Origin: Ktedonobacteria bacterium
GTDB lineage: Bacteria; Chloroflexota; Ktedonobacteria; Ktedonobacterales; JADMIN01
Direction: 5' to 3'
Length of the DNA: 59,260 bases
Assembly: GCA_027307065.1 (NCBI GenBank)
Contig: DAHUXT010000001.1
Location: forward strand, 1-59,260
A program made the translations under genes and the position numbers. Below the pieces are notes generated by a model. That model made no database searches and was not told the DNA's origin. It saw nothing but the letters and a program-made list of their open reading frames with translations. The first letter of the stretch is position 1. Every line of letters starts with the position of its first letter. This document shows positions 27,019-34,827 of the stretch, piece by piece.

Positions 27019-28050
27019 TCACACGGCAATGAGCTTCAGCGCCTTCGCCAGTTGGGTCAGAGCCGCCAGCGACGCCGCCGCGTTCGGGTCTGTCTGATGA
27101 TCCTGCTGCAACTGCGCGATCTGCTGCTGCGCTGTGGCCAGTTGGCTCACCAACGCAAGGATGTCTTGCCCGACCCAGATGCGATAGACCGCGCCCCAAC
27201 TCCCATCGGCGTGATGCTCGACGCCCAGCGAGCGATAGCGGAAGTCCTGGCGTGCGCCTGGCCCATGGGTCAGGTTGCCCCACTCGATCTGCGCCAGTTG
27301 CGCCTCTGGCGCTAGCGGCCAGTTGTCGCTCTCCCAGTTGTTCGCCAGCACAAAGGCGCGCATCCCACGGATCACCGGCACACCATTCGGCGCTGTCAGT
27401 GTCGTGCCATCGTCTTTCCATCCTGCCGGAACGCCCATGCTGCTCCCCCCTCCCAAACTTCCTGCCCGCGCTGTGATGGCTAGCGCCCCGCATGGTTTGC
27501 TGGCGGCCAGCACGGTATCCGGGTAAAACTGCAAAACATCGCCCGCATCGAAGTTGTCGCCATCGGCGCACCACCAACCCGGCGGCAGCGTCTTCCCATG
27601 CGCCTGGGGATGGTGTGAGACGCCACCCGGATGCCATCCCGCGACCATCACAAAGTGGTAGTGCAGGTTGTGCGCGTTCTCGCCTTTGCCCGTCAGACTG
27701 TCTACCAACGCCTGCCCGTTCGCCGTCTCGAACACGATGGCCTGGTGGCCGACGTGCGCCTGGAAGAAACCGCGCCAGGTGGCGTCTGGCATCGGCTCGT
27801 GATAGGGCAGCGACGCCACCGTGTAATGGTTGCGTTGCGCGTCGGTCAATAGCCCGGAGAGGGTAGACGATCCGCTGGTATCACAGAGATTCGCCGCCCG
27901 CATGCGGCGATAGACATCCAGTGTCGAGAGCGCGGACTGATCGGCCCAGCGCTCAGCCATGCTCAGGGCGTTCGGCCCACATGCGGCGGTCAGCCCACCC
28001 ACGAACTCGGTTTCCCGGTGAATCACGCCTGGCAGCCATAGTTCATCCAT
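27019..28050 (-). CDS. papain-like cysteine peptidase (C39-like) lysin with C-terminal coiled coil
   Basis: N-terminal candidate catalytic Cys in TAACGPNAL and His in NLHYHFVMVAGWH. Central W/G-rich putative wall-binding region. C-terminal LVSQLATAQQQIAQLQQDHQ heptad-like segment. Confidence 0.55.
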   Translation of the reverse strand: MDELWLPGVIHRETEFVGGLTAACGPNALSMAERWADQSALSTLDVYRRMRAANLCDTSGSSTLSGLLTDAQRNHYTVASLPYHEPMPDATWRGFFQAHVGHQAIVFETANGQALVDSLTGKGENAHNLHYHFVMVAGWHPGGVSHHPQAHGKTLPPGWWCADGDNFDAGDVLQFYPDTVLAASKPCGALAITARAGSLGGGSSMGVPAGWKDDGTTLTAPNGVPVIRGMRAFVLANNWESDNWPLAPEAQLAQIEWGNLTHGPGARQDFRYRSLGVEHHADGSWGAVYRIWVGQDILALVSQLATAQQQIAQLQQDHQTDPNAAASLAALTQLAKALKLIAV

Positions 28051-28070
28051 CGCACTCCTGCCTCCCTCAC

Positions 28071-28094
28071 TCCCCTAGTCCCCTAGTCCCCTAG
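28071..28094 (-). repeat. 8-nt tandem repeat (plus strand tcccctag x3); G4 tracts on the coding strand upstream of the lysin start
   Basis: Read directly. The minus strand gives CUAGGGGACUAGGGGACUAGGGGAGUGAGGGAGGCAGGAGUGCG-AUG. Confidence 0.9.
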
Positions 28095-28137
28095 CCTCCA
28101 CGAAACATCGCTACGGTCGTGTGCCGTTCGATGCTGC

Positions 28138-29622
28138 CTATGCGCCGACTGTGGTATATTTGCCCGTCCAGACGATGGCGCCCGCCGCTGCCGCCGTCAC
28201 CGTGACCTCACAGCCATATGGCGTCATTGTGCCTGCCGTCACGGTTGGCCCGCCGCCAATATTGGTGCTGTTGATTGCGGTGAAGGTTAGCCCGGTTGGC
28301 ACATTCGAGAGCACTGGCACAAAATTGACCCCGACGCCGAACTGTTGGCCCGCGCTGGCGCCTGGCGCGCGAATCGAGAGGTAGCCCACCTGTTGCGCGC
28401 CCGCCGATTGCACCGGACGATACACGCCACGTTGCCGCTGGTGTGACTCATCGGCGATTTGCAGACGCGCCAGCAGCGATTCGCCCCGGTCGGCGTAGTT
28501 ATCCAGTTGCAACGCCAGCCGCACGTCGCCGGATGCCGACTCGCGATAACTCGACTCGATGATGTAAAACTGGTTTACGCCTGGCTGCGGCCCAGCCGAG
28601 AGTCGTTGCCCGCGCACCGCAAGCTCTGGCACATAGAGATTGGCGTCGGCGCGCACATGACTCAACGGCAATGGATTGCCACTGGCGTCGCGCACCGCCC
28701 GCAGGACAATTTCGATCTTGTTGCTGGGATTGCTATAGGCCGCCAGCCAAGCGTTGGCGATCGCGCTCGCCTGCGCGGAGGTCATCGGCAGGTTGCCGAG
28801 ATTGCGCCGGAGCTTGCGGCGACGAAACGGTGCGTTGCCCTGCACGCCACCCGCGCCCAGTCGCGCATCGCTGACCGTCACACTGCCGGGGCCAGCCACC
28901 GGATCCACATACGCCACCTGCACCACATTGTACGCCCGCTGTGCCGAGGGCGCGACCCGCCATTCGAGGATGTCCGCGCCAAGCGCCAGATAGCTGGTGG
29001 TTGCCGTATCACGCTGGTGCGCCCGGAGTTGCCACGTCGGGAAGCCTGCAGCATCTTTGTGGATGGGGTGCTCGTAGACGGTCCAGGTGTAGTCGCCCAG
29101 CGCGCCCATCAGGTGATGCAAAATCTCCTCCAGCGTCGAGCCGTCGTAGACCGGGGTGAAGGTGTTGGGTGGATTGTTTGGCAGCACCGCCGAGACATCG
29201 CTATCCAGGGCGAGATAGCTGGCGCGCCGCGAGAATTCGTTGGCGATGATGCCCTGAGCGGTGGTGGCGGTGTTGTAGGCCGCGTCGTCGGGATCGTCGC
29301 GTAGCGCCACGCCGCCGCCGAGCGCCGCGAGCATCATATACTCGCCGCGCCCTCCATCGAGCACCAGCGTCGGATCGCTCCACTCGCCCGCGAAGCAGGT
29401 GAAAAGGCCGTCGCGCAGGATCACCCGCGAGAACAGCCCCAACTCTGGCCGCGGGAGTCTGGCATCGGGCAGCTTGATGATACAGGCGAGATCGCCGAAT
29501 CCGCCCGGCGCGACTGTGGTAAATTCCAGCGCCTCGACGCGCGCGCCATAGTCTATCGCCACCTGCGGATAGGGTGCGCCCGGCGCGGTGTATGCCCAGA
29601 GCGCCAACGCATCGCGTTGCAT
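28138..29622 (-). CDS. phage tail-like protein (minor tail / distal tail or receptor-binding type)
   Basis: About 494 aa. ATG at 29622 with GGGAGGG 8 nt upstream (the track start 29646 is TTG). Its size, beta-rich composition and position directly upstream of a lysis cassette suggest a siphovirus-type tail component. No sharper assignment is possible by eye. Confidence 0.45.
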   Translation of the reverse strand: MQRDALALWAYTAPGAPYPQVAIDYGARVEALEFTTVAPGGFGDLACIIKLPDARLPRPELGLFSRVILRDGLFTCFAGEWSDPTLVLDGGRGEYMMLAALGGGVALRDDPDDAAYNTATTAQGIIANEFSRRASYLALDSDVSAVLPNNPPNTFTPVYDGSTLEEILHHLMGALGDYTWTVYEHPIHKDAAGFPTWQLRAHQRDTATTSYLALGADILEWRVAPSAQRAYNVVQVAYVDPVAGPGSVTVSDARLGAGGVQGNAPFRRRKLRRNLGNLPMTSAQASAIANAWLAAYSNPSNKIEIVLRAVRDASGNPLPLSHVRADANLYVPELAVRGQRLSAGPQPGVNQFYIIESSYRESASGDVRLALQLDNYADRGESLLARLQIADESHQRQRGVYRPVQSAGAQQVGYLSIRAPGASAGQQFGVGVNFVPVLSNVPTGLTFTAINSTNIGGGPTVTAGTMTPYGCEVTVTAAAAGAIVWTGKYTTVGA

Positions 29623-29676
29623 CGCCTCAGCCCTCCCTTCAGCCAATACCTGTTGCCAGCGCCAGCCATACGGCCG

Positions 29677-29958
29677 CTATAGGCCAGCAGGTCGCGCCAT
29701 CCCGCCGGGTCGCCGCCATGCGCGATTGGCCAGCCGATCCTGTTCGCGCTGCCATGCCGCGAGCGTCCCCTGCAATGAACCATGCTCGTCGCCCACGATG
29801 TCGAGCAATGCGCTGAGCAATCCGCCCGACGATGTATGCGCGGCTGCGCCACCGGCTGCGCCAGCCTCTACTGGTGGCAGCACACCGCCCTTCGCCCGCG
29901 CAATGCTGTGATACGGATCGCCCGCGCCACCCGGTTCGCCCAGATGTGATGTAGCCAC
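29677..29958 (-). CDS. small phage-region ORF, possibly frame-disrupted
   Basis: GTG at 29958 with AAGGGG upstream. The high-GC3 signal switches frame near 29740 (see finding). Confidence 0.2.
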   Translation of the reverse strand: MATSHLGEPGGAGDPYHSIARAKGGVLPPVEAGAAGGAAAHTSSGGLLSALLDIVGDEHGSLQGTLAAWQREQDRLANRAWRRPGGMARPAGL

Positions 29959-30140
29959 TCCTTCACCCCTTTCTTGCCTCAAGCGACTTAGAACACCCGT
30001 TCTCAATGATGATTGGGACCCGCTGATGGCGTCAAGCTGTCAGCAATCGCCACATCGCGACAAGTGGCGGCGTCATCGTTGGAACGAGCCGTATCCAGGC
30101 GCCTGAGCCAGTCTCTTGTGCGTCACATCGCACACGAAGA

Positions 30141-30177
30141 AGGCTGCCTCACTCCTACGAGGGGAATAAGGCAGCCT
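30141..30177 (-). terminator. possible terminator hairpin downstream of the secreted-protein gene
   Basis: 8-bp stem aggctgcc / ggcagcct with a 21-nt loop. On the minus strand it is followed by tcttcgtgtg, a weak U tract. Confidence 0.3.
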
Positions 30178-30225
30178 AAGGGAATCGTCTGTGGCTCAGG
30201 GATGACTCAAATCGGTCGTGCCGAT

Positions 30226-31443
30226 CTACTGCAAAATAGTGTCGCAGTAGGTGGTGTCGGTGCCGAATGGGCTTGGGCACTGCATCGTCTGTGCGAACTG
30301 CAACGCCTGGCCAAAGTCTTTGCTCGTACCAGGATAATCACCACCGTAGGTGAACGCCTTCGCCGTGCCGTTGTAGGCAAACCACGGATAGGTACAGAAC
30401 GGCTGGCCATAGTTCGCCGCGCCGCAATACTGATTCACCTCCGCCTCGCCGCCATAGTCGCTGACTGCCGCCCAATGCTGCGGTTTGCTGCCATCGCCAA
30501 AGGTGACACTCTGCACCAGCAGCGGCGAGAAGCCGACCCACGTTGGTACGTTGTAGGAATAGCACGGTGGCTTGGTGGCGCTACCCGGCAGGCAGAACTG
30601 CGAGGCAGGCTGCGTATAGGGGCTGGTATGCCCGATCTCCCAGACGAGGCTATTGGGCGTATCGTCGACCAGCCCCCACTTGAGTGCGTTGCCGATGGTC
30701 TGCGTATCGAAGGCGGGCATTAGTGGGCCATCAGTCTGGCTGTTCAGGATGATCGTGCCGCTGTGCCCCGTGGTCTGGTCGGCCACGGTAATGTGCATGC
30801 CATCCTGCGCGGCGGTGACGTATTGATGATCGGTGATGGTGTCACCCGCGTGCATAGTCAATGGGCCGCCCGAAGCGCTATCGGTGAGCATCGCATTGAA
30901 TGCGGCGGACTCCGCGGATCCATGCTGCGAGACTCTCCAGACGGGCGAACAGGCGGTATAGACGCCCGGCGCGTACGTGACATTGAAGCCGCCACCCGAA
31001 GAGCAGCCTTTCAGCAGGCTGTTGGGATAGAACTGCAATTCGAGGAATGCCTGACCGAAGAGGCTGGTCGGGTCGGTAACGGTACCGCCGATCCAGAACG
31101 TTGGCCCTACGCTATCCACTGCGGTGGTGCCATCGGTTGGCAGCACTACCGTCCAGGTGATGTCGCGCGCGGAACCGGCGTGGTTCGATACCGGATCGAG
31201 CTCTGGCTCGTCATGCCCGGTGCAGCTATGGGTGTACCAGACGTACTCCTGCGGGTGATGGCCAATGCAGACTGATTGTGCCTGCGATGTCGCTGGCCCT
31301 GTCTGTCCCTGCGCGTGCGTCGTAACGCCGCCACGCATCGCCACGCCAAACGCCAGACTGGCGAGCAATGCCACGCCGACACCTAGAGGAAGGATCCGTC
31401 GGGTCAGTCTCGGGGAGGGCTTCGGGGCAAGTTGTGCTGCCAT
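30226..31443 (-). CDS. secreted protein, unknown function
   Basis: Signal/TM segment ILPLGVGVALLASLAFGVAM. Cys-rich mature region. ATG verified at 31443 (the track start 31473 is also possible). Confidence 0.65.
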   Translation of the reverse strand: MAAQLAPKPSPRLTRRILPLGVGVALLASLAFGVAMRGGVTTHAQGQTGPATSQAQSVCIGHHPQEYVWYTHSCTGHDEPELDPVSNHAGSARDITWTVVLPTDGTTAVDSVGPTFWIGGTVTDPTSLFGQAFLELQFYPNSLLKGCSSGGGFNVTYAPGVYTACSPVWRVSQHGSAESAAFNAMLTDSASGGPLTMHAGDTITDHQYVTAAQDGMHITVADQTTGHSGTIILNSQTDGPLMPAFDTQTIGNALKWGLVDDTPNSLVWEIGHTSPYTQPASQFCLPGSATKPPCYSYNVPTWVGFSPLLVQSVTFGDGSKPQHWAAVSDYGGEAEVNQYCGAANYGQPFCTYPWFAYNGTAKAFTYGGDYPGTSKDFGQALQFAQTMQCPSPFGTDTTYCDTILQ

Positions 31444-31867
31444 GCGCTGTGTACCCTTTCTACCACGACTCAACTATGGCTCAAGGCATCATCTACACTG
31501 GACGACCAGTGGACCACGACAGGATACGCCGCACTACGGAGTGCCACGGCCGTGTCCTCCCATGTGCGTAGAGCGGGCATCCACTATTCTGTGACTGTTA
31601 TAACGCACGTCCACGTGAAATGTCTTCCTCAAGAAGGAAATTTGCTCGCTGGAACCCACGAGAATGCGCGCGTGTCGGCGACCAGTTCCGGCCTCCAATG
31701 TGGAATGAACTATGCGACACGTTCATCAGATTCGGCCAGACGTCTTCTTGGGGTGTATGTATGTGTATTCAGGCGCGTGGAGCATGCGTGGATTGCTGGC
31801 ATACTCGCGCAGGAGGAGGAATGGCACGCCCGAACGAAGGCCGCGGCGCGAACGATGCCGCGACGTT

Positions 31868-31889
31868 GAGGATATGAGTATCCTCTTTT
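31868..31889 (+). terminator. short intrinsic-terminator-like hairpin upstream of tatA
   Basis: gaggata-tgag-tatcctc followed by TTTT, on the plus strand only. Confidence 0.35.
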
Positions 31890-32002
31890 GCTACCCGGTG
31901 TCCAGGTGATAGAGTATAATCGCTGAATAGAGGTGAACACGTGGCACAGTGCTTTCGAAGATGCCCACACCTCGTCACGCAGCAGAAATGGAGCGAAAGC
32001 GT

Positions 32003-32260
32003 ATGCCTTTCGGTTTTCACTGGTATGAACTAGTTCCACTCGTTGTGCTGGCGCTCCTGTTTTTTGGCCCCAAGCGGCTCCCGGAAATGGGTTCTGCCAT
32101 TGGGAAGACCATCAAAGAGTTCCAGCGGTCCATGCGTGAGATAAGAGAGCCCGAGCCCGAGCCAACAGCAGCGATTCCGTCCGCGCCCGCTCAGGCAACG
32201 CCTGAACTGCCGTCCGCGTCGGCTGTTGCTTCGACGCCGGCAGAGGCTCCCAAAGAATAA
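32003..32260 (+). CDS. tatA: twin-arginine translocase subunit TatA/E
   Basis: ATG at 32003 with GGAG 9 nt upstream. LVVLALLFFGPKRLPEMGSAIGKTIKEFQ is the canonical TatA TM plus amphipathic helix. Confidence 0.85.
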   Translation: MPFGFHWYELVPLVVLALLFFGPKRLPEMGSAIGKTIKEFQRSMREIREPEPEPTAAIPSAPAQATPELPSASAVASTPAEAPKE

Positions 32261-32315
32261 CCCGGAGCGCGTGTCGCCGTGAGGAGACTGGCAGCGCGGT
32301 TGGGGGAGGGACACT

Positions 32316-33104
32316 ATGGCAGCGGAAAATGTGCACGACTTCAATCGGACCGACCAGGCCGCTGAGGGAGAGGAGCCTGAAGGCGGTACGATGACGCTCA
32401 TCGAGCATCTCGAGGAACTGCGCGGCCGGTTGATCAAGGTTGCCATCGCGGTCGCGGCATGCTCGGTCGTCGGGTTCATCTTCTGGGATCGCATCCTGAC
32501 CTTCTTACTGCTGCCTCTCCCCGCCGCCGCCAACAGGCTCCCCGGCGCTCACATCGGTACACTGGTGGCGCGCGATATCGGCGAGCCATTCATGGTCGCG
32601 CTGAAATTGGCGCTCGCCGTTGGCATCATGGTCGCCTCGCCAGTGCTGCTCTATCAGACCTGGGCGTTCATCGCTCCCGCGCTCACCCGCCGCGAACGCA
32701 AGTACGCATTGCCTTTTACCCTGCTCGGTGTTGGCCTGTTTATCACAGGACTCGCGGTGGGTTTTGTCGTGTTGCGCTATCCGATCGACTGGCTGGTGCA
32801 TTTCGGCAGCGACCGGTTCGTTCTGTTGACCGACGCCGATAGCTATTTCACGTTTGTGGCGTACTTCCTGCTGGCCTTTGCCATCGTCTTCGAACTGCCG
32901 CTGGTGCTGACCTTCATGTCGGTGGTGGGTATTGTCAATAGCACCATCCTGCGGCAGAAGCGGCTCTACATTCTCTTTGGCCTCTGGTTCCTCTCCTGCT
33001 TCATCACGCCCGGCGCCGATCCCTATAGCCCGGTGATCATCGGCGTCTCATTCACCGTGCTCTTCGAGGGCACGATTCTGCTGATGCGCGCCATTCACCG
33101 TTAA
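32316..33104 (+). CDS. tatC: twin-arginine translocase subunit TatC
   Basis: 262 aa with six TM segments. N-terminal MTLIEHLEELRGRLI is the typical TatC opening. Confidence 0.9.
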   Translation: MAAENVHDFNRTDQAAEGEEPEGGTMTLIEHLEELRGRLIKVAIAVAACSVVGFIFWDRILTFLLLPLPAAANRLPGAHIGTLVARDIGEPFMVALKLALAVGIMVASPVLLYQTWAFIAPALTRRERKYALPFTLLGVGLFITGLAVGFVVLRYPIDWLVHFGSDRFVLLTDADSYFTFVAYFLLAFAIVFELPLVLTFMSVVGIVNSTILRQKRLYILFGLWFLSCFITPGADPYSPVIIGVSFTVLFEGTILLMRAIHR

Positions 33105-33111
33105 GCGAATG

Positions 33112-33891
33112 CTATAGCGTACCGCCAAGCGCCCGCGCCAGAGTCTTCCGCAGGTCTGGCGAGAGTGGATGCTGCGCCTGCGCGTACTCCCAGAGGAATG
33201 CTTCCGGCGGCGCTCGCAAAATACCCACCGCGCTGAGACGACTCAACCGGCGTAGCAGGTCGCGCGCGCTGGCAAAGCCCCTGCGCTGGCAAGCCTCGTC
33301 ATCGCGCCGGTGCCCATCCGCTGCCAGGGTTCGCATCGCCTGTTGCAGATGCTCAGCTGCTGTGTGGTCTGGCGCGCCGCTCACCATAAGCACGTTCGGC
33401 ACCGAAGCGGGCAACTGTCGCAACTTATCGGCGAGTACGGAAACAAGCCGCAGGCTCACTTCGGTGGGCGATGGCCGAAGATGGCGCACCTCGACCATGA
33501 AGGACGTATGCGACCTGAAGGTGACGGCAAAGTCGGGTCCGCGCTGTTTTTCGGCGAGATATGGCTCGTAGATCAGCGCGAAGCTGCGCTCTTGCAGCAA
33601 TGTGTGTGCCGTCTCTAGCTCTGCCAACAGATCGACGTAGCCAGCTTCGTCATGAATGCCGCGCAGTTTCTTGCCGATTTTACCCTGATATTCGTCCAGA
33701 AACGCGGCGAAACGTGGGCTTTCGGCAGCCCATATCTGGCAATGCGCCGACAGGGGTGTCGTGCCGAAGAGCGTGGCGCACATCCTGGCGATGTCAGTAC
33801 GCGATCGGCGACCAGCGGCCATGCCAGACCCGCTGCCAGACCCTCTGGATGTGGTTGCCATCGCGCTGCTTCCGCTTTCCTCATGGTTCAT
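33112..33891 (-). CDS. hypothetical protein (possible PD-(D/E)xK-like core)
   Basis: ATG verified at 33891. The long N-terminal extension of track ORF 33112..34269 overlaps the next gene and was trimmed. Contains IYEPY...GPDFAV...FMVEVRH. Confidence 0.5.
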   Translation of the reverse strand: MNHEESGSSAMATTSRGSGSGSGMAAGRRSRTDIARMCATLFGTTPLSAHCQIWAAESPRFAAFLDEYQGKIGKKLRGIHDEAGYVDLLAELETAHTLLQERSFALIYEPYLAEKQRGPDFAVTFRSHTSFMVEVRHLRPSPTEVSLRLVSVLADKLRQLPASVPNVLMVSGAPDHTAAEHLQQAMRTLAADGHRRDDEACQRRGFASARDLLRRLSRLSAVGILRAPPEAFLWEYAQAQHPLSPDLRKTLARALGGTL

Positions 33892-34088
33892 GCGCCTCAC
33901 GGATGGGCTTTTCCCTATCCCTGTCCTGAGGCTCGATCTGCTGTGCCATAAGGGCATGATAGCCGATGGTAGGCCACGCGGGCCAGAAGATATCTGCCGG
34001 AAAATACCAGCGCCGCAATCCCGATGGTGGAATCGCGGCGCGGATGTTCGGTTGTGCTGGACGAGCGCTGGAGAGCGACAGGCAGTGG

Positions 34089-34541
34089 CTAGCGGCTGCC
34101 GGCGCGAATGGCGCGCTTTTTGGTGTTTGGCTGCGGATGGTACTGCGCCTTGATGCGCTCTTGCCGGTAATATTCCAGATGGCCAGAATAGCGGCGGGTG
34201 AAGTAGAGTCCCCAATAGACGACGATGATCGCCAGCCAAAGCAGCCAGCCATAGCGCCAGATGCGCCAATCGAAGAGCGACAGTTCGGCGTAGCGCGCCC
34301 CAATCAAAATCCAGCCGACCAATGCCAACGGCCAGAGCTGATTCATGAACTTGGTCATCAGATACTTGTGCAGCGTGTGATGGCCAAAGAAGCGTTTGCG
34401 TCCCTCAAGCGCATAGTACAGAGGAATCAGCAATCCGAGCCCGCAGAATATCATCCAGGGAAGGAAAAAGTGAAAGATCTCTGGGCGGCCCGAGGCGGTG
34501 TTGGTCGGGTCCGCTATTAACCAGCCGATGAATTTATCCAT
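34089..34541 (-). CDS. small integral membrane protein
   Basis: ATG verified at 34541 with GGAGG upstream. Four hydrophobic helices, W/Y-rich. Confidence 0.6.
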   Translation of the reverse strand: MDKFIGWLIADPTNTASGRPEIFHFFLPWMIFCGLGLLIPLYYALEGRKRFFGHHTLHKYLMTKFMNQLWPLALVGWILIGARYAELSLFDWRIWRYGWLLWLAIIVVYWGLYFTRRYSGHLEYYRQERIKAQYHPQPNTKKRAIRAGSR

Positions 34542-34827
34542 AGTCTCGTGCCATCCTCCAGTTGCGGCTACATCCAGCAGTGCGCCCGATCGCTTCTGGC
34601 TTCGGGCACTAATCCCGCTCATTTTATCAGACAGGTAGCGCCTGGTCAAATCCACTCGCCAGTGTGCCATCTCTGGGATCGCAGATGTGACATCGTGAGA
34701 ATACCAGGATGCTCTACAGGAAAGGTGGATGGCACAGAATAGCCTTCATGATATACTGTGTCGGCATAAGGGCGGCGGTGAATTGCCGTAGCGTATGGGG
34801 ATGCTTCAGGCAACGGAGGGATCGGGC

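Larger units (their letters stand above)
26590..30010 (-). mobile_element. phage-derived remnant (tail-like protein, lysin, holin-like ORF); no integrase, capsid or terminase genes
   Basis: Three co-oriented phage-type genes sit between ordinary chromosomal genes. Frame breaks occur in the flanking small ORFs. The cassette ends at the terminator at 26541..26580. Confidence 0.45.

Noticed and set aside
26590-30225. Complete integrated prophage or integrative element
   Set aside because: No integrase, recombinase, excisionase, tRNA target, flanking direct repeats, capsid or terminase genes are found in or around the segment. Only a remnant is supportable.
33892-34269. N-terminal 126 aa of track ORF 33112..34269, and N-terminal 43 aa of 34089..34670
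   Set aside because: The two extensions overlap each other's gene. Internal ATGs with upstream purine-rich sites (33891 and 34541) give non-overlapping genes with a sensible hydrophobic or coding pattern.
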